Notes: generated by a model not told the origin, from the letters alone. Shown: positions 37,349 through 47,397, counted from the stretch's first letter. The stretch: DNA of 64,000 nt from Candidatus Falkowbacteria bacterium (GCA_013336275.1 JAAXUA010000005.1:13863-77862), one strand, 5' to 3'. A program made the numbers and translations.

Positions 37349-37534
37349 ATGGCGACTAAAGCACAAATCGCAAAGTCTAACAGAAAGCCGAAATTTAGCA
37401 CCAGGGTTGTCCGTCGTTGCTGGCGATGTGGTCGAAACCATGGGTACATCCGTGATTTCAACCTCTGCCGCATCTGTTTTCGCGAACTAGCCACTGCTGG
37501 CGAACTTCCAGGGGTGACGAAATCAAGCTGGTAA
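37349..37534 (+). CDS. rpsN: 30S ribosomal protein uS14 (zinc-binding type Z)
   Basis: RCWRCGR...[19 protein letters not shown]. Confidence 0.97.
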   Translation: MATKAQIAKSNRKPKFSTRVVRRCWRCGRNHGYIRDFNLCRICFRELATAGELPGVTKSSW

Positions 37535-37571
37535 TCATTCGTTTACATAACATTTTTTAAGTAGCAATATT

Positions 37572-37985
37572 ATGATGGATCCTATTGCGGACATGCTAAC
37601 AAGGATAAGAAATGCTTCAGCTATCAGAAAGCCAGAGGTTGTTTTACCCATGAGCAAGATCAAGTTCAACATTGGAAAGATATTACAGAAAGAAGGCTGG
37701 GTTGAACGCACCGAGGTAATCAAGGCTGATGGCCAGAAAAACCAAGGCGGAGCTTTTGATCAGCTGAAGATCGTCCTGAAGTATAAGTCGGACGGCAAAT
37801 CAGCTATCAGCTCGATCAAGCGCATCAGCAAGCCTAGCTTGCGCGTTTATGTCACCAAAGAAGAGCTGCCACGCGTCTTGAATAACCTCGGCATCGCTAT
37901 CATCTCCACTTCCAAGGGGCTGATGACGAACAAAGAGGCTCGCAAGAACGGCATGGGCGGCGAAGTTGTCTGTGAAATTTATTAA
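37572..37985 (+). CDS. rpsH: 30S ribosomal protein uS8
   Basis: DPIADMLTRIRNA, ISTSKGLMT. Confidence 0.98.
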   Translation: MMDPIADMLTRIRNASAIRKPEVVLPMSKIKFNIGKILQKEGWVERTEVIKADGQKNQGGAFDQLKIVLKYKSDGKSAISSIKRISKPSLRVYVTKEELPRVLNNLGIAIISTSKGLMTNKEARKNGMGGEVVCEIY

Positions 37986-38008
37986 TCACCTAAAGTTACG
38001 ATAAACAT

Positions 38009-38557
38009 ATGTCGAGAATCGGCAAATTACCAATCAGCTTACCGACAGGCACTTCCGCCAGGATGGACGGAGAATTTTTGGTCGTCAAAGGACCTAAGGG
38101 CGAGCTTCGCGAAAAGATCCATCCTTTGGCCTTAGTCGAGCTGGCTGAGCAGGAAATCAAAGTGAACGTGGCTAAGCCGGACGTCAAGAAAGAGCGCGCC
38201 ATCTGGGGACTGTTCCGCACTTTGATCAATAATATGGTAATCGGTGTCAATCAGGGTTACGAAAAGAAGTTGGAAATCAATGGTGTCGGTTATCGCGCCG
38301 CAGTCGCAGGCAACAAGTTGACCTTGAACGTGGGTTTCTCCCATCCGGTAGATTTCACTCTGCCAGAAGGCGTAGTTGCAGCAGTCGCAGCCAACGTGAT
38401 CACCTTGAACAGCATTGATAAATACCTTTTGGGCGAAACCGCTGCTCAGATCCGCAAAGTCAGGAAGCCTGAACCTTACAAAGGCAAGGGCATCAAATAT
38501 TCCGATGAAGTTATCCGACGCAAGGCCGGCAAGACCGCGGCTAAGGGCGGCAAATAA
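38009..38557 (+). CDS. rplF: 50S ribosomal protein uL6
   Basis: MSRIGK, PEPYKGKGI. Confidence 0.98.
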   Translation: MSRIGKLPISLPTGTSARMDGEFLVVKGPKGELREKIHPLALVELAEQEIKVNVAKPDVKKERAIWGLFRTLINNMVIGVNQGYEKKLEINGVGYRAAVAGNKLTLNVGFSHPVDFTLPEGVVAAVAANVITLNSIDKYLLGETAAQIRKVRKPEPYKGKGIKYSDEVIRRKAGKTAAKGGK

Positions 38558-38579
38558 ATTTAGATAATATATCTCGCAT

Positions 38580-38939
38580 ATGAATCAGACTAAAGAGAAA
38601 ACATTGAAACGAGACCGCCGCCGGGCCAAGATCAGGTCCAAGGTGGAGGGTGCCGCTGCTTGTCCGCGCTTGAGCGTTTTCCGCTCGAATAAGGGCATGT
38701 TCATCCAGTTGATCGATGACCAGGCTGGCAAGACCATCGTTAGCGCTAACGCCACCGAGCTCAAGAAGGAGAAGGAAGGCGGCAAAGTCGGCGTAGGTTT
38801 CGGCCTCGGCAAGCTGATCGCTGAAAAGGCCAAGAAGGCCGGCATTACGGCTGTGGTTTTCGATCGCGGCGGTTACCAGTATCATGGACGCGTCAAAGCG
38901 GTTGCTGACGGTGCTCGCGAAGGCGGACTAGTGTTTTAA
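38580..38939 (+). CDS. rplR: 50S ribosomal protein uL18
   Basis: [22 protein letters not shown]. Confidence 0.98.
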   Translation: MNQTKEKTLKRDRRRAKIRSKVEGAAACPRLSVFRSNKGMFIQLIDDQAGKTIVSANATELKKEKEGGKVGVGFGLGKLIAEKAKKAGITAVVFDRGGYQYHGRVKAVADGAREGGLVF

Positions 38940-38964
38940 CTTATCACTATAAACATTGGAAAAT

Positions 38965-39606
38965 ATGACAGAACCAGTCAAAAAAGAACAAACAAAGCCA
39001 GCTGATAATAGGCCAGCCGGCGCAGCTAACCGCCCAGTCAGGAAAGATGCCCGCGGCGGCGGAGCTCGTCGTCCGATGAATCGCGGCCGTCGTGAGGAAA
39101 TCATCGAGGAATTCGAGCAGAAGATAGTCGATTTGGCCCGCGTTACCCGCGTTATGGCCGGCGGCAAGAGAATGCGTTTCCGAGCTTGTGTGGTTGTCGG
39201 CAACAAGAAGGGCAAAGTCGGCATCGGTTTGGCCAAAGGCCTCGATGTGACTGCAGCTATTTCCAAGGCAGCGACCCAGGCCAAGAAGAATCTGGTCGAA
39301 GTGCCGATTGTCAACGACACCATCCCTCATGCCATCACTCATAAGCTGGGTGCAGCCGAAATCCTGTTCAAGCCGGCTTCTAAAGGCCGCGGTATCATTG
39401 CTGGCGGCGCTGTCCGCATGGTTTTGGAGCTTTCCGGCATCAAGAACATCACTTGTAAGACTTTGGGCACTAGCAACAAGGTGAATAACGCCAAGTGCGT
39501 TTCCGATGCCTTGGCCAATTTGAAGAAACCGGCCAAAAAGGCTAAAATTGAAATGAAGAAGGAGGCTGTTCCGGTCACTGAAGCCGTAGCCGAATCTGCT
39601 AAATAG
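38965..39606 (+). CDS. rpsE: 30S ribosomal protein uS5
   Basis: RVTRVMAGGKRMRF, GIIAGG; ATG 38965 preferred over TTG 38956. Confidence 0.97.
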   Translation: MTEPVKKEQTKPADNRPAGAANRPVRKDARGGGARRPMNRGRREEIIEEFEQKIVDLARVTRVMAGGKRMRFRACVVVGNKKGKVGIGLAKGLDVTAAISKAATQAKKNLVEVPIVNDTIPHAITHKLGAAEILFKPASKGRGIIAGGAVRMVLELSGIKNITCKTLGTSNKVNNAKCVSDALANLKKPAKKAKIEMKKEAVPVTEAVAESAK

Positions 39607-39633
39607 TTTTTAACACATTGAATTTGATATCGT

Positions 39634-40077
39634 ATGTTGAGTTTAAGCAATTTGAAGCCGAATAAGGGCGCAACCAAGAAGCGCAAACGCGTCGGACGCG
39701 GTAACGCCTCCGGACACGGCACCTATAGTACTCGCGGTCTGAAGGGTCAGAAATCCCGTTCGGGCGTTTCCGGCCTGAAGAGGCTCGGCATGAAGCCGAT
39801 GCTTTTGAACCTGCCTAAGAAGCGCGGCTTTACTTCGCTTCAGGACAAGGATCAGGTCGTCAATCTGACGGCCATCAACCGCCACTTCAAAGAAGGCGGC
39901 AAGGTAACCCCTAACACCCTCCTCAAGGCGGGCCTGATTGAGAATGCAAGCAAATCTGTCAAAATTTTGGGACAGGGCCAGCTTTCCCTTAAAAATCTGG
40001 AGTTAGTGAACCTGAAAGTCAGCGCGACCGCTAAAGCGCAACTAGAAAAGCTTGGCGGCAAGGTTATTACCAAATAG
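39634..40077 (+). CDS. rplO: 50S ribosomal protein uL15
   Basis: RVGRGNASGHG..STRG.KGQKSRSG; follows rpsE directly (no rpmD). Confidence 0.97.
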   Translation: MLSLSNLKPNKGATKKRKRVGRGNASGHGTYSTRGLKGQKSRSGVSGLKRLGMKPMLLNLPKKRGFTSLQDKDQVVNLTAINRHFKEGGKVTPNTLLKAGLIENASKSVKILGQGQLSLKNLELVNLKVSATAKAQLEKLGGKVITK

Positions 40078-40091
40078 CACCACTCATCCAT

Positions 40092-41360
40092 ATGAATAAG
40101 CTTATCCAAATTTGGAAGGCCAGAGACTTGAGGAACAACATCCTTTATGTTTTGGGCATGTTGGTCATATTCCGCATGGCTGCCCACGTTCCAGTTCCGG
40201 GAGTCGATGTCAAGGAATTGCAGGCATTCATGAATTCGAACCAGATTCTCGGTCTCATGAATCTCTTTTCCGGCGGCGGCATGGAGAACTTCTCCGTCAT
40301 CATGATGAGCGTCGGTCCGTACATCACCGCTTCGATCATCTTCCAGCTTTTGGGCATGATCATTCCTTCTTTGGAAGAAATGAACAAGGAAGAGGCGGGA
40401 CGGCAGAAAATCAATATGTGGACCCGCTGGCTGACCGTACCGATGGCTGTTCTACAGGGCTATGGCATGATCACTATCTTGCGCCAGTCTAACCGCGATA
40501 TCATCACCGCAACCAATCCTTTCGATATTTTCGTCATGCTGCTCACTATCACCGCCGGCACCGTCTTCGTGATGTGGCTCGGTGAGCTGATCAGCGAAAA
40601 GAAGGTTGGCAACGGAATTTCCTTGATCATCTTCGCTGGCATCGTCGCCCGCATCCCGGTCTCTTTGCAGCAGATCATGGTCAATTTCGACCAGTCGCAG
40701 CTGTTCACCTTGCTGTGGTTCCTGGCTATCGCCATAACCACCATTATCGGTGTTGTCATCATCAGCGAGGGCCAGCGCAACGTGCCGGTGCAATACGCCA
40801 AGCAGATGCGAGGTAACCGGATGTTCGGCGGTTCGACCAGCCACTTGCCTTTGCGAGTGAACATGGCCGGCGTCATCCCGATCATCTTCGCTGTTTCAGT
40901 CGTGCTGTTCCCGCCGATGGTCGCCCAGTTCTTCATCCAGGCCAAGACCCAGTTCATCGCCAACGCAGCCCAGTGGGTCTATCAGATATTCCAGAACCAG
41001 CTGTTCTATGCCGTAATCTATTTCATTCTGGTCTTCGCCTTCACTTTCTTTTATACCGAAGTCGTTTTTCATCCGAGCCAGATCGCTGAGAATTTGCAGA
41101 AGCAAGGCGGCTTCATTCCTGGCATCCGCCCGGGACGTCCGACTGCCGAGTATCTCGCTCAGACTACCTATAAGATCATCCTGGCTGGCGCTCTATTCTT
41201 GAGCATCATCGCCATTCTGCCTTTGATCATGCGCTACTTTACCAATATCCAGTCATTGGCCATCGGCGGCACCAGCTTGCTGATCGTCGTATCGGTCGTT
41301 ATCGAGACGGTCAAGCAGATCGAGTCGCAGCTGACCATGCGCGAATACGAAGGAGTTTAA
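40092..41360 (+). CDS. secY: Protein translocase subunit SecY
   Basis: PYITASII, GNGISLII, AGVIPIIFA, IPGIRPG, GGTSLLI. Confidence 0.99.
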   Translation: MNKLIQIWKARDLRNNILYVLGMLVIFRMAAHVPVPGVDVKELQAFMNSNQILGLMNLFSGGGMENFSVIMMSVGPYITASIIFQLLGMIIPSLEEMNKEEAGRQKINMWTRWLTVPMAVLQGYGMITILRQSNRDIITATNPFDIFVMLLTITAGTVFVMWLGELISEKKVGNGISLIIFAGIVARIPVSLQQIMVNFDQSQLFTLLWFLAIAITTIIGVVIISEGQRNVPVQYAKQMRGNRMFGGSTSHLPLRVNMAGVIPIIFAVSVVLFPPMVAQFFIQAKTQFIANAAQWVYQIFQNQLFYAVIYFILVFAFTFFYTEVVFHPSQIAENLQKQGGFIPGIRPGRPTAEYLAQTTYKIILAGALFLSIIAILPLIMRYFTNIQSLAIGGTSLLIVVSVVIETVKQIESQLTMREYEGV

Positions 41361-41459
41361 CCCCATCGCATAAAAAGCCGCCTTCCTTTCTTTAGGGGGC
41401 GGCTTTTGTTTTTTGCTAAGTTAAGTTATAATATAGGTATTCATTAGTAAATTTCCACT

Positions 41460-42074
41460 ATGTTTGGCTCTTCACCTCTGCGCAACCGGCCGACAACGAA
41501 CAATCCGAACAAGCCCTGGACCTCGACTTATCTTTCAAAGAATCTCCAAGGCAAGGAATTCGTAGGCCATTCAGCCTTCAAGCGTTTTCGCGAGCAGATC
41601 GGAAAATTCACCGGCACCAACAAGCTGGCCAACACCGGCGCTGTGAAACAGTTCATCAAGCAGAATTTCAGCGGCAAAAAGGCATATCAGGTCAATGATT
41701 TCTTGAAATTAAGATTGAAGATGAATGAAGCCCAGCGTGAAAAAGTGATTGGGGAGATCAGCCCATCGGGCGGCTTGACCAAGGAGCAGCAGCGCACAGA
41801 GGAGCGGCTTGGCAAAGTGCGGCAAAAGGACAATATCTACGAAGCCCAGAAAATGGCGAACAGCCATTTGGCCAAGAGCGAGACCACCCACATAATGGCC
41901 GGACAATCGGCTAATGTGACCACCGGTTTCGCTGGCAAGGGAACCGGACCGCAGAAGTCGGGTTTCGCCAGCGGCCCTGCCGGCAATGTCGCGCCTCTTA
42001 CCCGCACTGATGGCGGAGTCGCCAGTGGCGGCCAGTCCAACAGCACCCCCTCAAGGCCTTATTTCCAACCTTAA
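41460..42074 (+). CDS. Hypothetical basic protein with low-complexity C-terminus
   Basis: 204-aa ORF between the secY terminator and adk. Confidence 0.7.
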   Translation: MFGSSPLRNRPTTNNPNKPWTSTYLSKNLQGKEFVGHSAFKRFREQIGKFTGTNKLANTGAVKQFIKQNFSGKKAYQVNDFLKLRLKMNEAQREKVIGEISPSGGLTKEQQRTEERLGKVRQKDNIYEAQKMANSHLAKSETTHIMAGQSANVTTGFAGKGTGPQKSGFASGPAGNVAPLTRTDGGVASGGQSNSTPSRPYFQP

Positions 42075-42083
42075 ATAATATCA

Positions 42084-42743
42084 ATGCAAAAGAAATATTT
42101 CATCGTTTTCGGACCTCCCGGATCAGGCAAGGGAACCCAGGTCAAACTGCTTGCCGAACGCCTCAACTTGCCGGCCATCTCGACCGGCGATTTGTTGCGC
42201 ACGGAGATAGATAGAGGCACGCCGATCGGGCTGTCAGTCAAGGCGCTCCTGGCTAAAGGCAGGCTGGTTTCCGACGAGATCGTCGGTGAACTCTTGCTGA
42301 AACGCCTGCGCCGGAAGGATACGGCAGCCGGTGTCATCTTCGACGGTTATCCTCGGCGACTGAGCCAGCAGGAATTCCTGCTCGGCCATTTGTCAACCAA
42401 GAAACCTGAGCCATCGATCGTGCCTTTGCTGATCGACGTCAGTGACGAAGAGGTGGTGCGGCGCATTAGCGGACGGCGCGCTTGCTTGTGCGGCGCCGTC
42501 TATCATGTCGCCAGCAAGCCTCCCAAAGAAGATGGCAAATGTGACCGCTGCGCCGGCAAGCTGTTCATTCGCGACGATGACAAGCCGTCCGTAGTCAAAT
42601 CACGCCTTCGCACCTATCACAAGGAAAGCGCCAAGATCCTTTCTTATTGGCGCAAGCAGGGATTCTTGATCGAGATCAACGGCGAGCAACCGATTAAGAA
42701 AGTCGATGGCGAGTTGATGCGCAAACTGAAGAAATATATATGA
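42084..42743 (+). CDS. adk: Adenylate kinase (Zn-LID type)
   Basis: GPPGSGKGTQ, STGDLLR, DGYPR, C-x-C...CDRC LID. Confidence 0.96.
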   Translation: MQKKYFIVFGPPGSGKGTQVKLLAERLNLPAISTGDLLRTEIDRGTPIGLSVKALLAKGRLVSDEIVGELLLKRLRRKDTAAGVIFDGYPRRLSQQEFLLGHLSTKKPEPSIVPLLIDVSDEEVVRRISGRRACLCGAVYHVASKPPKEDGKCDRCAGKLFIRDDDKPSVVKSRLRTYHKESAKILSYWRKQGFLIEINGEQPIKKVDGELMRKLKKYI

Positions 42744-43516
42744 TTATCATAAAAACCGAAGCTGAAATCGCCAAGATAGGCGAAGGTGGCAAGATCTTGT
42801 CACTCATTCTAAAGAAGGTTGCAGAATCAGCTAAGCCCGGAACTACCACGGCCGAGTTGGAGAAGCTGGCCTGCGAGTTGATCGATCAGGCCGGAGGCCG
42901 CCCAGCATTCAAAGGTTACTGTCCCGTGCCGCAAGGAAGGCCCTATCCCACAGCCTTGTGCATTTCCATCAATCATCAGGTCGTCCACGCCCCGGCTTTG
43001 CCGGCGCGCGCTATTTTCGATGGCGACATCGTCAGTATCGACATCGGCATGGAATATCCGGCTCGGAACGGTTACTTTACAGACATGGCGGTGACATTCG
43101 GCGTGGGCAAGATCGGTGCTAGGGCGCAGAAATTGATCGAAGCGACCAAGCAATCGCTCGAGCTGGCAATCAAGAAGGTGAAGCCAGGCGCCAGTATCTA
43201 CGACATCGGACGGGCAGTAGAAGACTATGTGGTTTCGCAAGGTTTTTCCGTGGTGCGCGACTTGGTAGGGCATGGCGTAGGCAAGGCGGTGCACGAAGAG
43301 CCTCAGATCCCTAATTTTCCGATCGAGGCCAACAAACGCATTCTGCTCAAGCCGGGCATGGTAATCGCGATCGAACCGATGGTCAACATGGGCCGGCATG
43401 AGGTCGTGACCGGTCCCGACGGCATGAGCATCGACACTGCTGATGAAAGTCTGTCGGCCCACTTCGAACATACCGTTGCCGTCACCAAGACAGGCAATCT
43501 GGTTCTGACAAGATAA
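42740..43516 (+). CDS. map: Methionine aminopeptidase type I
   Basis: GHGVG..VHEEP, AIEPM, SAHFEHT. Confidence 0.97.
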   Translation: MIIIKTEAEIAKIGEGGKILSLILKKVAESAKPGTTTAELEKLACELIDQAGGRPAFKGYCPVPQGRPYPTALCISINHQVVHAPALPARAIFDGDIVSIDIGMEYPARNGYFTDMAVTFGVGKIGARAQKLIEATKQSLELAIKKVKPGASIYDIGRAVEDYVVSQGFSVVRDLVGHGVGKAVHEEPQIPNFPIEANKRILLKPGMVIAIEPMVNMGRHEVVTGPDGMSIDTADESLSAHFEHTVAVTKTGNLVLTR

Positions 43517-43528
43517 TTATTATCGAAT

Positions 43529-43909
43529 ATGGAAAGGTATTTAGGTATCGATTACGGCACGAAAAGGATCGGCTTGGCATTGGGTGACAGCCTGACTAAG
43601 CTCGCCACTCCTTTCAAAGTCGTAAGCACTCTGGCTGACATAGTTGCGGTGATCAAGGAAGAGGATATCGAACATCTGGTGGTGGGGCTTCCTTTGACTA
43701 TGCGCAAGGAAAAAGGAGAGATGCATGAAAAGGTTCAAGAATTCATTTCTGATCTGTCTGACTTGACCGGCTTGCCGATCGAGCAGGTCGATGAAAGGCT
43801 TTCCAGCAAGGCTGGCGATGCGCTAGTCGGCGGCAAGAAGGATAAAGCGCCGCGAGACGCGATTGCGGCGATGCTGATTTTACAAAGTTTTTTCGACAAA
43901 CATGCCTGA
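43529..43909 (+). CDS. ruvX: YqgF/RuvX pre-16S rRNA nuclease
   Basis: LGIDYGTKRIGLA, VVGLP, DERLSS, DAIAAMLIL. Confidence 0.95.
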   Translation: MERYLGIDYGTKRIGLALGDSLTKLATPFKVVSTLADIVAVIKEEDIEHLVVGLPLTMRKEKGEMHEKVQEFISDLSDLTGLPIEQVDERLSSKAGDALVGGKKDKAPRDAIAAMLILQSFFDKHA

Positions 43910-44126
43910 TTTCGCAAAGTATCTATTGATCATAGCTTTGGTCGCGTTTGCAGCAGCAGCCATCTATTTTCTGCTGATAGGAATGAAGCTGTCGGCTTGC
44001 ATCGATAAGGTTGACGGTTCGGGAAAGTGCCAGACAATCGTCTGCCGCGGCTGGGCCTATGTCGGTCGGGATGGATTGTCATGTTTCGGCAAGATAAAAT
44101 CAATCAATGATTCTGGACAAAAATGA
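43902..44126 (+). CDS. Small membrane-anchored Cys-containing protein
   Basis: N-terminal TM helix, four Cys; overlaps both neighbours. Confidence 0.6.
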   Translation: MPDFAKYLLIIALVAFAAAAIYFLLIGMKLSACIDKVDGSGKCQTIVCRGWAYVGRDGLSCFGKIKSINDSGQK

Positions 44127-44830
44127 TCGAAGAGACTTACCGCATCAAGGCTATCGTCCTGAAGCGCCAACCATTCCGCGAACATGACCTTCTGATTACG
44201 GCTTACAGCCCGGAAAAAGGGAAGCAGGCGCTGATTGCACGAGGGGCTAGGAAATTCCGCTCAAAAATAGCGGCTCATGTCGAGCCGTTTTGTTTTATCG
44301 ATTGCATGGTGGTCAGGGGCAAGACTCATGACTATATGGGCAGTGCTCTGAGCAGCAATTGCCTGGTCGGGATAAAATCCGATTTTGACAGGGTTGAGGC
44401 GGCGAGTCGGGTGTGCCGATTTTTTGATAAGACTATAAAGGAGGGGCAGCCAGACATCACGCTTTTTGTCGAGCTGCGCGACATCTTGGCTTTGATTGAC
44501 GGCGTCCAGCATGCCGAGGACGCCGCCCTCTGGGCCGATCTGTCGATTTTCCGGCTGCTTTCCCGGACCGGATACGAGCCGGATTTGCATAGGTGCGTTT
44601 TTTGCGGGTCTAAACCGGATGCCGAGGGCATCATGTTGGACCAGGCGAAAAATGGCATAGTCTGTCAGCGGTGCGCTGGCCAGGCCAAGGGCTTGACAAT
44701 ATCTGAAAATGCTGTTAAATTGCTAAGATTAGCCAATGAACTGGAAATCAGCCGATTCCGCAACTTAAAAGTTGACCGGAGTCTGGCATTAGAAATATCG
44801 CTCATTACAACACGGCTCATGGAGCAGTGA
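44123..44830 (+). CDS. recO: DNA repair protein RecO
   Basis: AIVLKRQPFREHD, ARGARK, GYEPDLHRCVFCG...CQRC. Confidence 0.93.
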   Translation: MIEETYRIKAIVLKRQPFREHDLLITAYSPEKGKQALIARGARKFRSKIAAHVEPFCFIDCMVVRGKTHDYMGSALSSNCLVGIKSDFDRVEAASRVCRFFDKTIKEGQPDITLFVELRDILALIDGVQHAEDAALWADLSIFRLLSRTGYEPDLHRCVFCGSKPDAEGIMLDQAKNGIVCQRCAGQAKGLTISENAVKLLRLANELEISRFRNLKVDRSLALEISLITTRLMEQ

Positions 44831-44858
44831 AACTAACACTGAAAGGAGGTGTTGCAAG

Positions 44859-45122
44859 ATGGTGATGTCTGACGGTTGGTCCAATGATAACCCTGAAGTG
44901 GTAGGTCCGTTCAATGTCTTCATGGCAGACGGTGGCAATTATCTCGATATCGCGACTTTCAAGGAAGCGACAAAGAAGGCTGACGAGCAGCCTGGCTCGA
45001 AAGTCGGCGGCCGCGGTGGAGGCGTCGTGTATGTGTCACAGGCACCACAGACCGCCGTACCTTTGCGCAGGCGAGGTGCGGGAGAGCAGCAGCGGGAAAA
45101 GCGCAGTTCTGATCTGATCTGA
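44859..45122 (+). CDS. Hypothetical protein (87 aa)
   Basis: AAGGAGGTG RBS; no recognisable motif. Confidence 0.55.
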   Translation: MVMSDGWSNDNPEVVGPFNVFMADGGNYLDIATFKEATKKADEQPGSKVGGRGGGVVYVSQAPQTAVPLRRRGAGEQQREKRSSDLI

Positions 45123-45169
45123 AGCAAGACGCCGTTTCGGCAGGAAAATTTATTTTGGAGGTATGACCT

Positions 45170-45754
45170 ATGGCTCGCAGAGTTTCATCGCCAATGCTCC
45201 AATTGAGCAGAGGCCAGGTCAAGTTTTTCGGTGAAGAGGGCTTCGGTTACGTGGTTGAGGAACATCCGAAGAAGAAAAGGGAAGTATTTTTCCGCTCCAA
45301 GCATTTTGCCGGTCCGGTCGAGCGCCATCTGGGCAAACTCGATTTCGACCTGGCAAGCCGCTTGCCGTACCGGATGGATTTCCGTCCGCCAACCCGCAGT
45401 GACGAACTGGTATATCTGACCATGTGGACCGACCGCGGTCCTATGGCCAAATACTGGGGCTTCGCTGCCGACTGGGAAAAGGCAAGCCGCCGCATTTCCA
45501 TGCGCTTATCACCCGATTCCGTCTTAGTCCGGGTCAAGCAAGTCATTCCCGAAAGAGGAATTGCGGCACCGCAAATCGTTTGGGAGGGTGAGCTCGATAA
45601 GTTCATGTTCAAGCTCGAACACGGGTTCGCCTCTACTCTCAATCAGACCGCTGTCATCGAGCAGTGTCGGGCAACCGGCTGGATGGCCATCGAGGACCCC
45701 TCGACCTGGCATCCGCAGTGTCTGAAACTTCCGCTGGAACGGAGGCAGACATGA
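45170..45754 (+). CDS. Hypothetical protein with N-terminal cold-shock/OB-fold-like segment
   Basis: GQVKFFGEEGFGYV...EVFFR resembles CSD RNP1/RNP2; GGAGGT RBS. Confidence 0.6.
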   Translation: MARRVSSPMLQLSRGQVKFFGEEGFGYVVEEHPKKKREVFFRSKHFAGPVERHLGKLDFDLASRLPYRMDFRPPTRSDELVYLTMWTDRGPMAKYWGFAADWEKASRRISMRLSPDSVLVRVKQVIPERGIAAPQIVWEGELDKFMFKLEHGFASTLNQTAVIEQCRATGWMAIEDPSTWHPQCLKLPLERRQT

Positions 45755-45876
45755 GCACTCCGAAGCAAGTTTTGAAAAAAACTCCCGAAATAGCGCTTGA
45801 GGCGTTCAAGGAGTTCTTCGCCCCGCTAGTTCAGCTGGGCCAGTTTATCAAAAAGAGGCTGAAAAAGGCAGCCTGA
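45751..45876 (+). CDS. Small amphipathic protein (41 aa)
   Basis: GGAGG RBS, ATGA overlap, followed by terminator GCCGCATG-GAAA-CATGCGGC-U tract. Confidence 0.55.
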   Translation: MSTPKQVLKKTPEIALEAFKEFFAPLVQLGQFIKKRLKKAA

Positions 45877-45918
45877 TGGGCCCCTGGTCCGACGCCGCAT
45901 GGAAACATGCGGCTTTTT

Positions 45919-46524
45919 TTACGGAAGAAATATTTGCTCACAGAACTTCATGATGCGTTTCCGCGGGTCAATGAATTCGGAGATGATCGATGGCTGCTCG
46001 AACAGTGATGGCTGCTCAAGATAAATTAGGAATATTTTGAGAAAAAAGGTGTGGGAAATGAATAGGGTATCGTTCGTCTCTTGCCGCATATGGGCGAGCA
46101 GTTGGTCGCAACGCGCTTTGATTTCGTTTCTTGATTCAAGAAGCGAATCGCTGATAAAACCATCGATGAAACCTTGGCGTACGGCATCGCTGCCTCGCTG
46201 GGCGTAGTCTTCTTCGGAGCAGACGGTGGCGACATCGAAGCGTATCTCGCGGAGCAGGGAGGAGGCAGTAACTGAAGCCTTGTTGTTGACGATCTTTTGG
46301 CGCACAAGGAAGTCAGCGGTCTGTTTCGTGCGCAGAAGGTCTGAACAGAAAACCGCAGCAACGTCATGGAGCCGGTCGATGCCTGGCTTGTCGAGGCAGG
46401 CGCTGACCTTAGCTTCGTCCAGTGGCGGATCGTATTCTTGGCGCGTCAAAGCCGCTACGCTAGCGTACTTGGTTTTTCCGGATATTTGCGGGTCGTAAGG
46501 CCCGGTTTTCATGAGTATGATCAT
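45919..46524 (-). CDS. Histidine-phosphatase-superfamily protein, degenerate (no RHG motif)
   Basis: FCSDLLRTKQTA, LLREIRF and LFISH are present, but the N-terminus reads LMKTG. Confidence 0.7.
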   Translation of the reverse strand: MIILMKTGPYDPQISGKTKYASVAALTRQEYDPPLDEAKVSACLDKPGIDRLHDVAAVFCSDLLRTKQTADFLVRQKIVNNKASVTASSLLREIRFDVATVCSEEDYAQRGSDAVRQGFIDGFISDSLLESRNEIKARCDQLLAHMRQETNDTLFISHTFFLKIFLIYLEQPSLFEQPSIISEFIDPRKRIMKFCEQIFLP

Positions 46525-46570
46525 AATAAAGGGGAGAGGCGCTGCCGCTGTCAGCAGCGCCTCTCTAAAA

Positions 46571-47374
46571 TCAATACCACGAATCGTCGATCACGCCTAG
46601 GGGGAATTTTTGCGCGTTTTCCAGGTGGCCGCATCCAGGCACGAACCTTGAGAGGAAGAAATTCTGCAGGTTGGGCGTGAAATGGTTGATGACCACCAAG
46701 TTATGATCGGCGAACAGCTTGCGCAGCAGGCTGCCGTGGGTAACGTAAAGACTCATGCCATGGGCCGCCGCCTGGGCCGACTCCTCGGCAGTCAATCGGC
46801 GGCCGCGGAATTTAGCAGCCAGATTCTGCCGCATGGCGCAGAAAGCGTCGAATTTGCCGCTGAAAGCCCGATTGTGCTTGGCTTCGTGGAGGATGCGCTC
46901 GGCAACTTCTTCTTGGACCTCAAGATACGGGATGTTCTGTTCGGTGTACCAGCTGGAAAAGGTTTTGACTTCGCCCAAAGAGCCTATCTGCTCCTTTATG
47001 GCTTTGGCCGAAGCTTCGCAGCGTCCGATGTAGTCGTCCTTCGAAGCGGCGACCCGGAGATAGAACTCCTTTTGCTGGCTGGTGAGCTCCGGCAGGTCGG
47101 CTACTAGGATCAGCCAGCGGGTCGCGATTTCTTGACCGTTAAGACCGCTGATCAGATCGGGGACGCGCCGGAGGTGCGATGCGGCGGTCAGGCTGGCACC
47201 GCGCCCCAGTTCGCCCCTGAAGGTGTACTTGCCATCTTCGTGAGGGTAGTCCGGGCAGACAGTCGATAAGATAACGGCTTGGCCTTGGATGCGCTTGACC
47301 TTGCGTTGGTCGCTGCGGGAAAAGTGGACATCGGTTCCGTGGAAGGGTCGGTAGTCTTTGCTGTTGAATGGCAT
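46571..47374 (-). CDS. Uncharacterised CPDY-motif protein under T-box control
   Basis: AAGGAG RBS; STVCPDY..YTF..LG.G and LILVADLPE motifs; directly downstream of a T-box terminator. Confidence 0.8.
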   Translation of the reverse strand: MPFNSKDYRPFHGTDVHFSRSDQRKVKRIQGQAVILSTVCPDYPHEDGKYTFRGELGRGASLTAASHLRRVPDLISGLNGQEIATRWLILVADLPELTSQQKEFYLRVAASKDDYIGRCEASAKAIKEQIGSLGEVKTFSSWYTEQNIPYLEVQEEVAERILHEAKHNRAFSGKFDAFCAMRQNLAAKFRGRRLTAEESAQAAAHGMSLYVTHGSLLRKLFADHNLVVINHFTPNLQNFFLSRFVPGCGHLENAQKFPLGVIDDSWY

Positions 47375-47397
47375 GGTCGTCTCCTTTTTGAATGAGC

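Noticed and set aside
24059..41105. Many long antisense and alternate-frame ORFs in the track (e.g. 27913..28956, 36438..37343; also 1834..3009, 6220..7299, 16281..17255)
   Set aside because: Shadows of well-identified genes caused by codon bias; no motifs or RBS.
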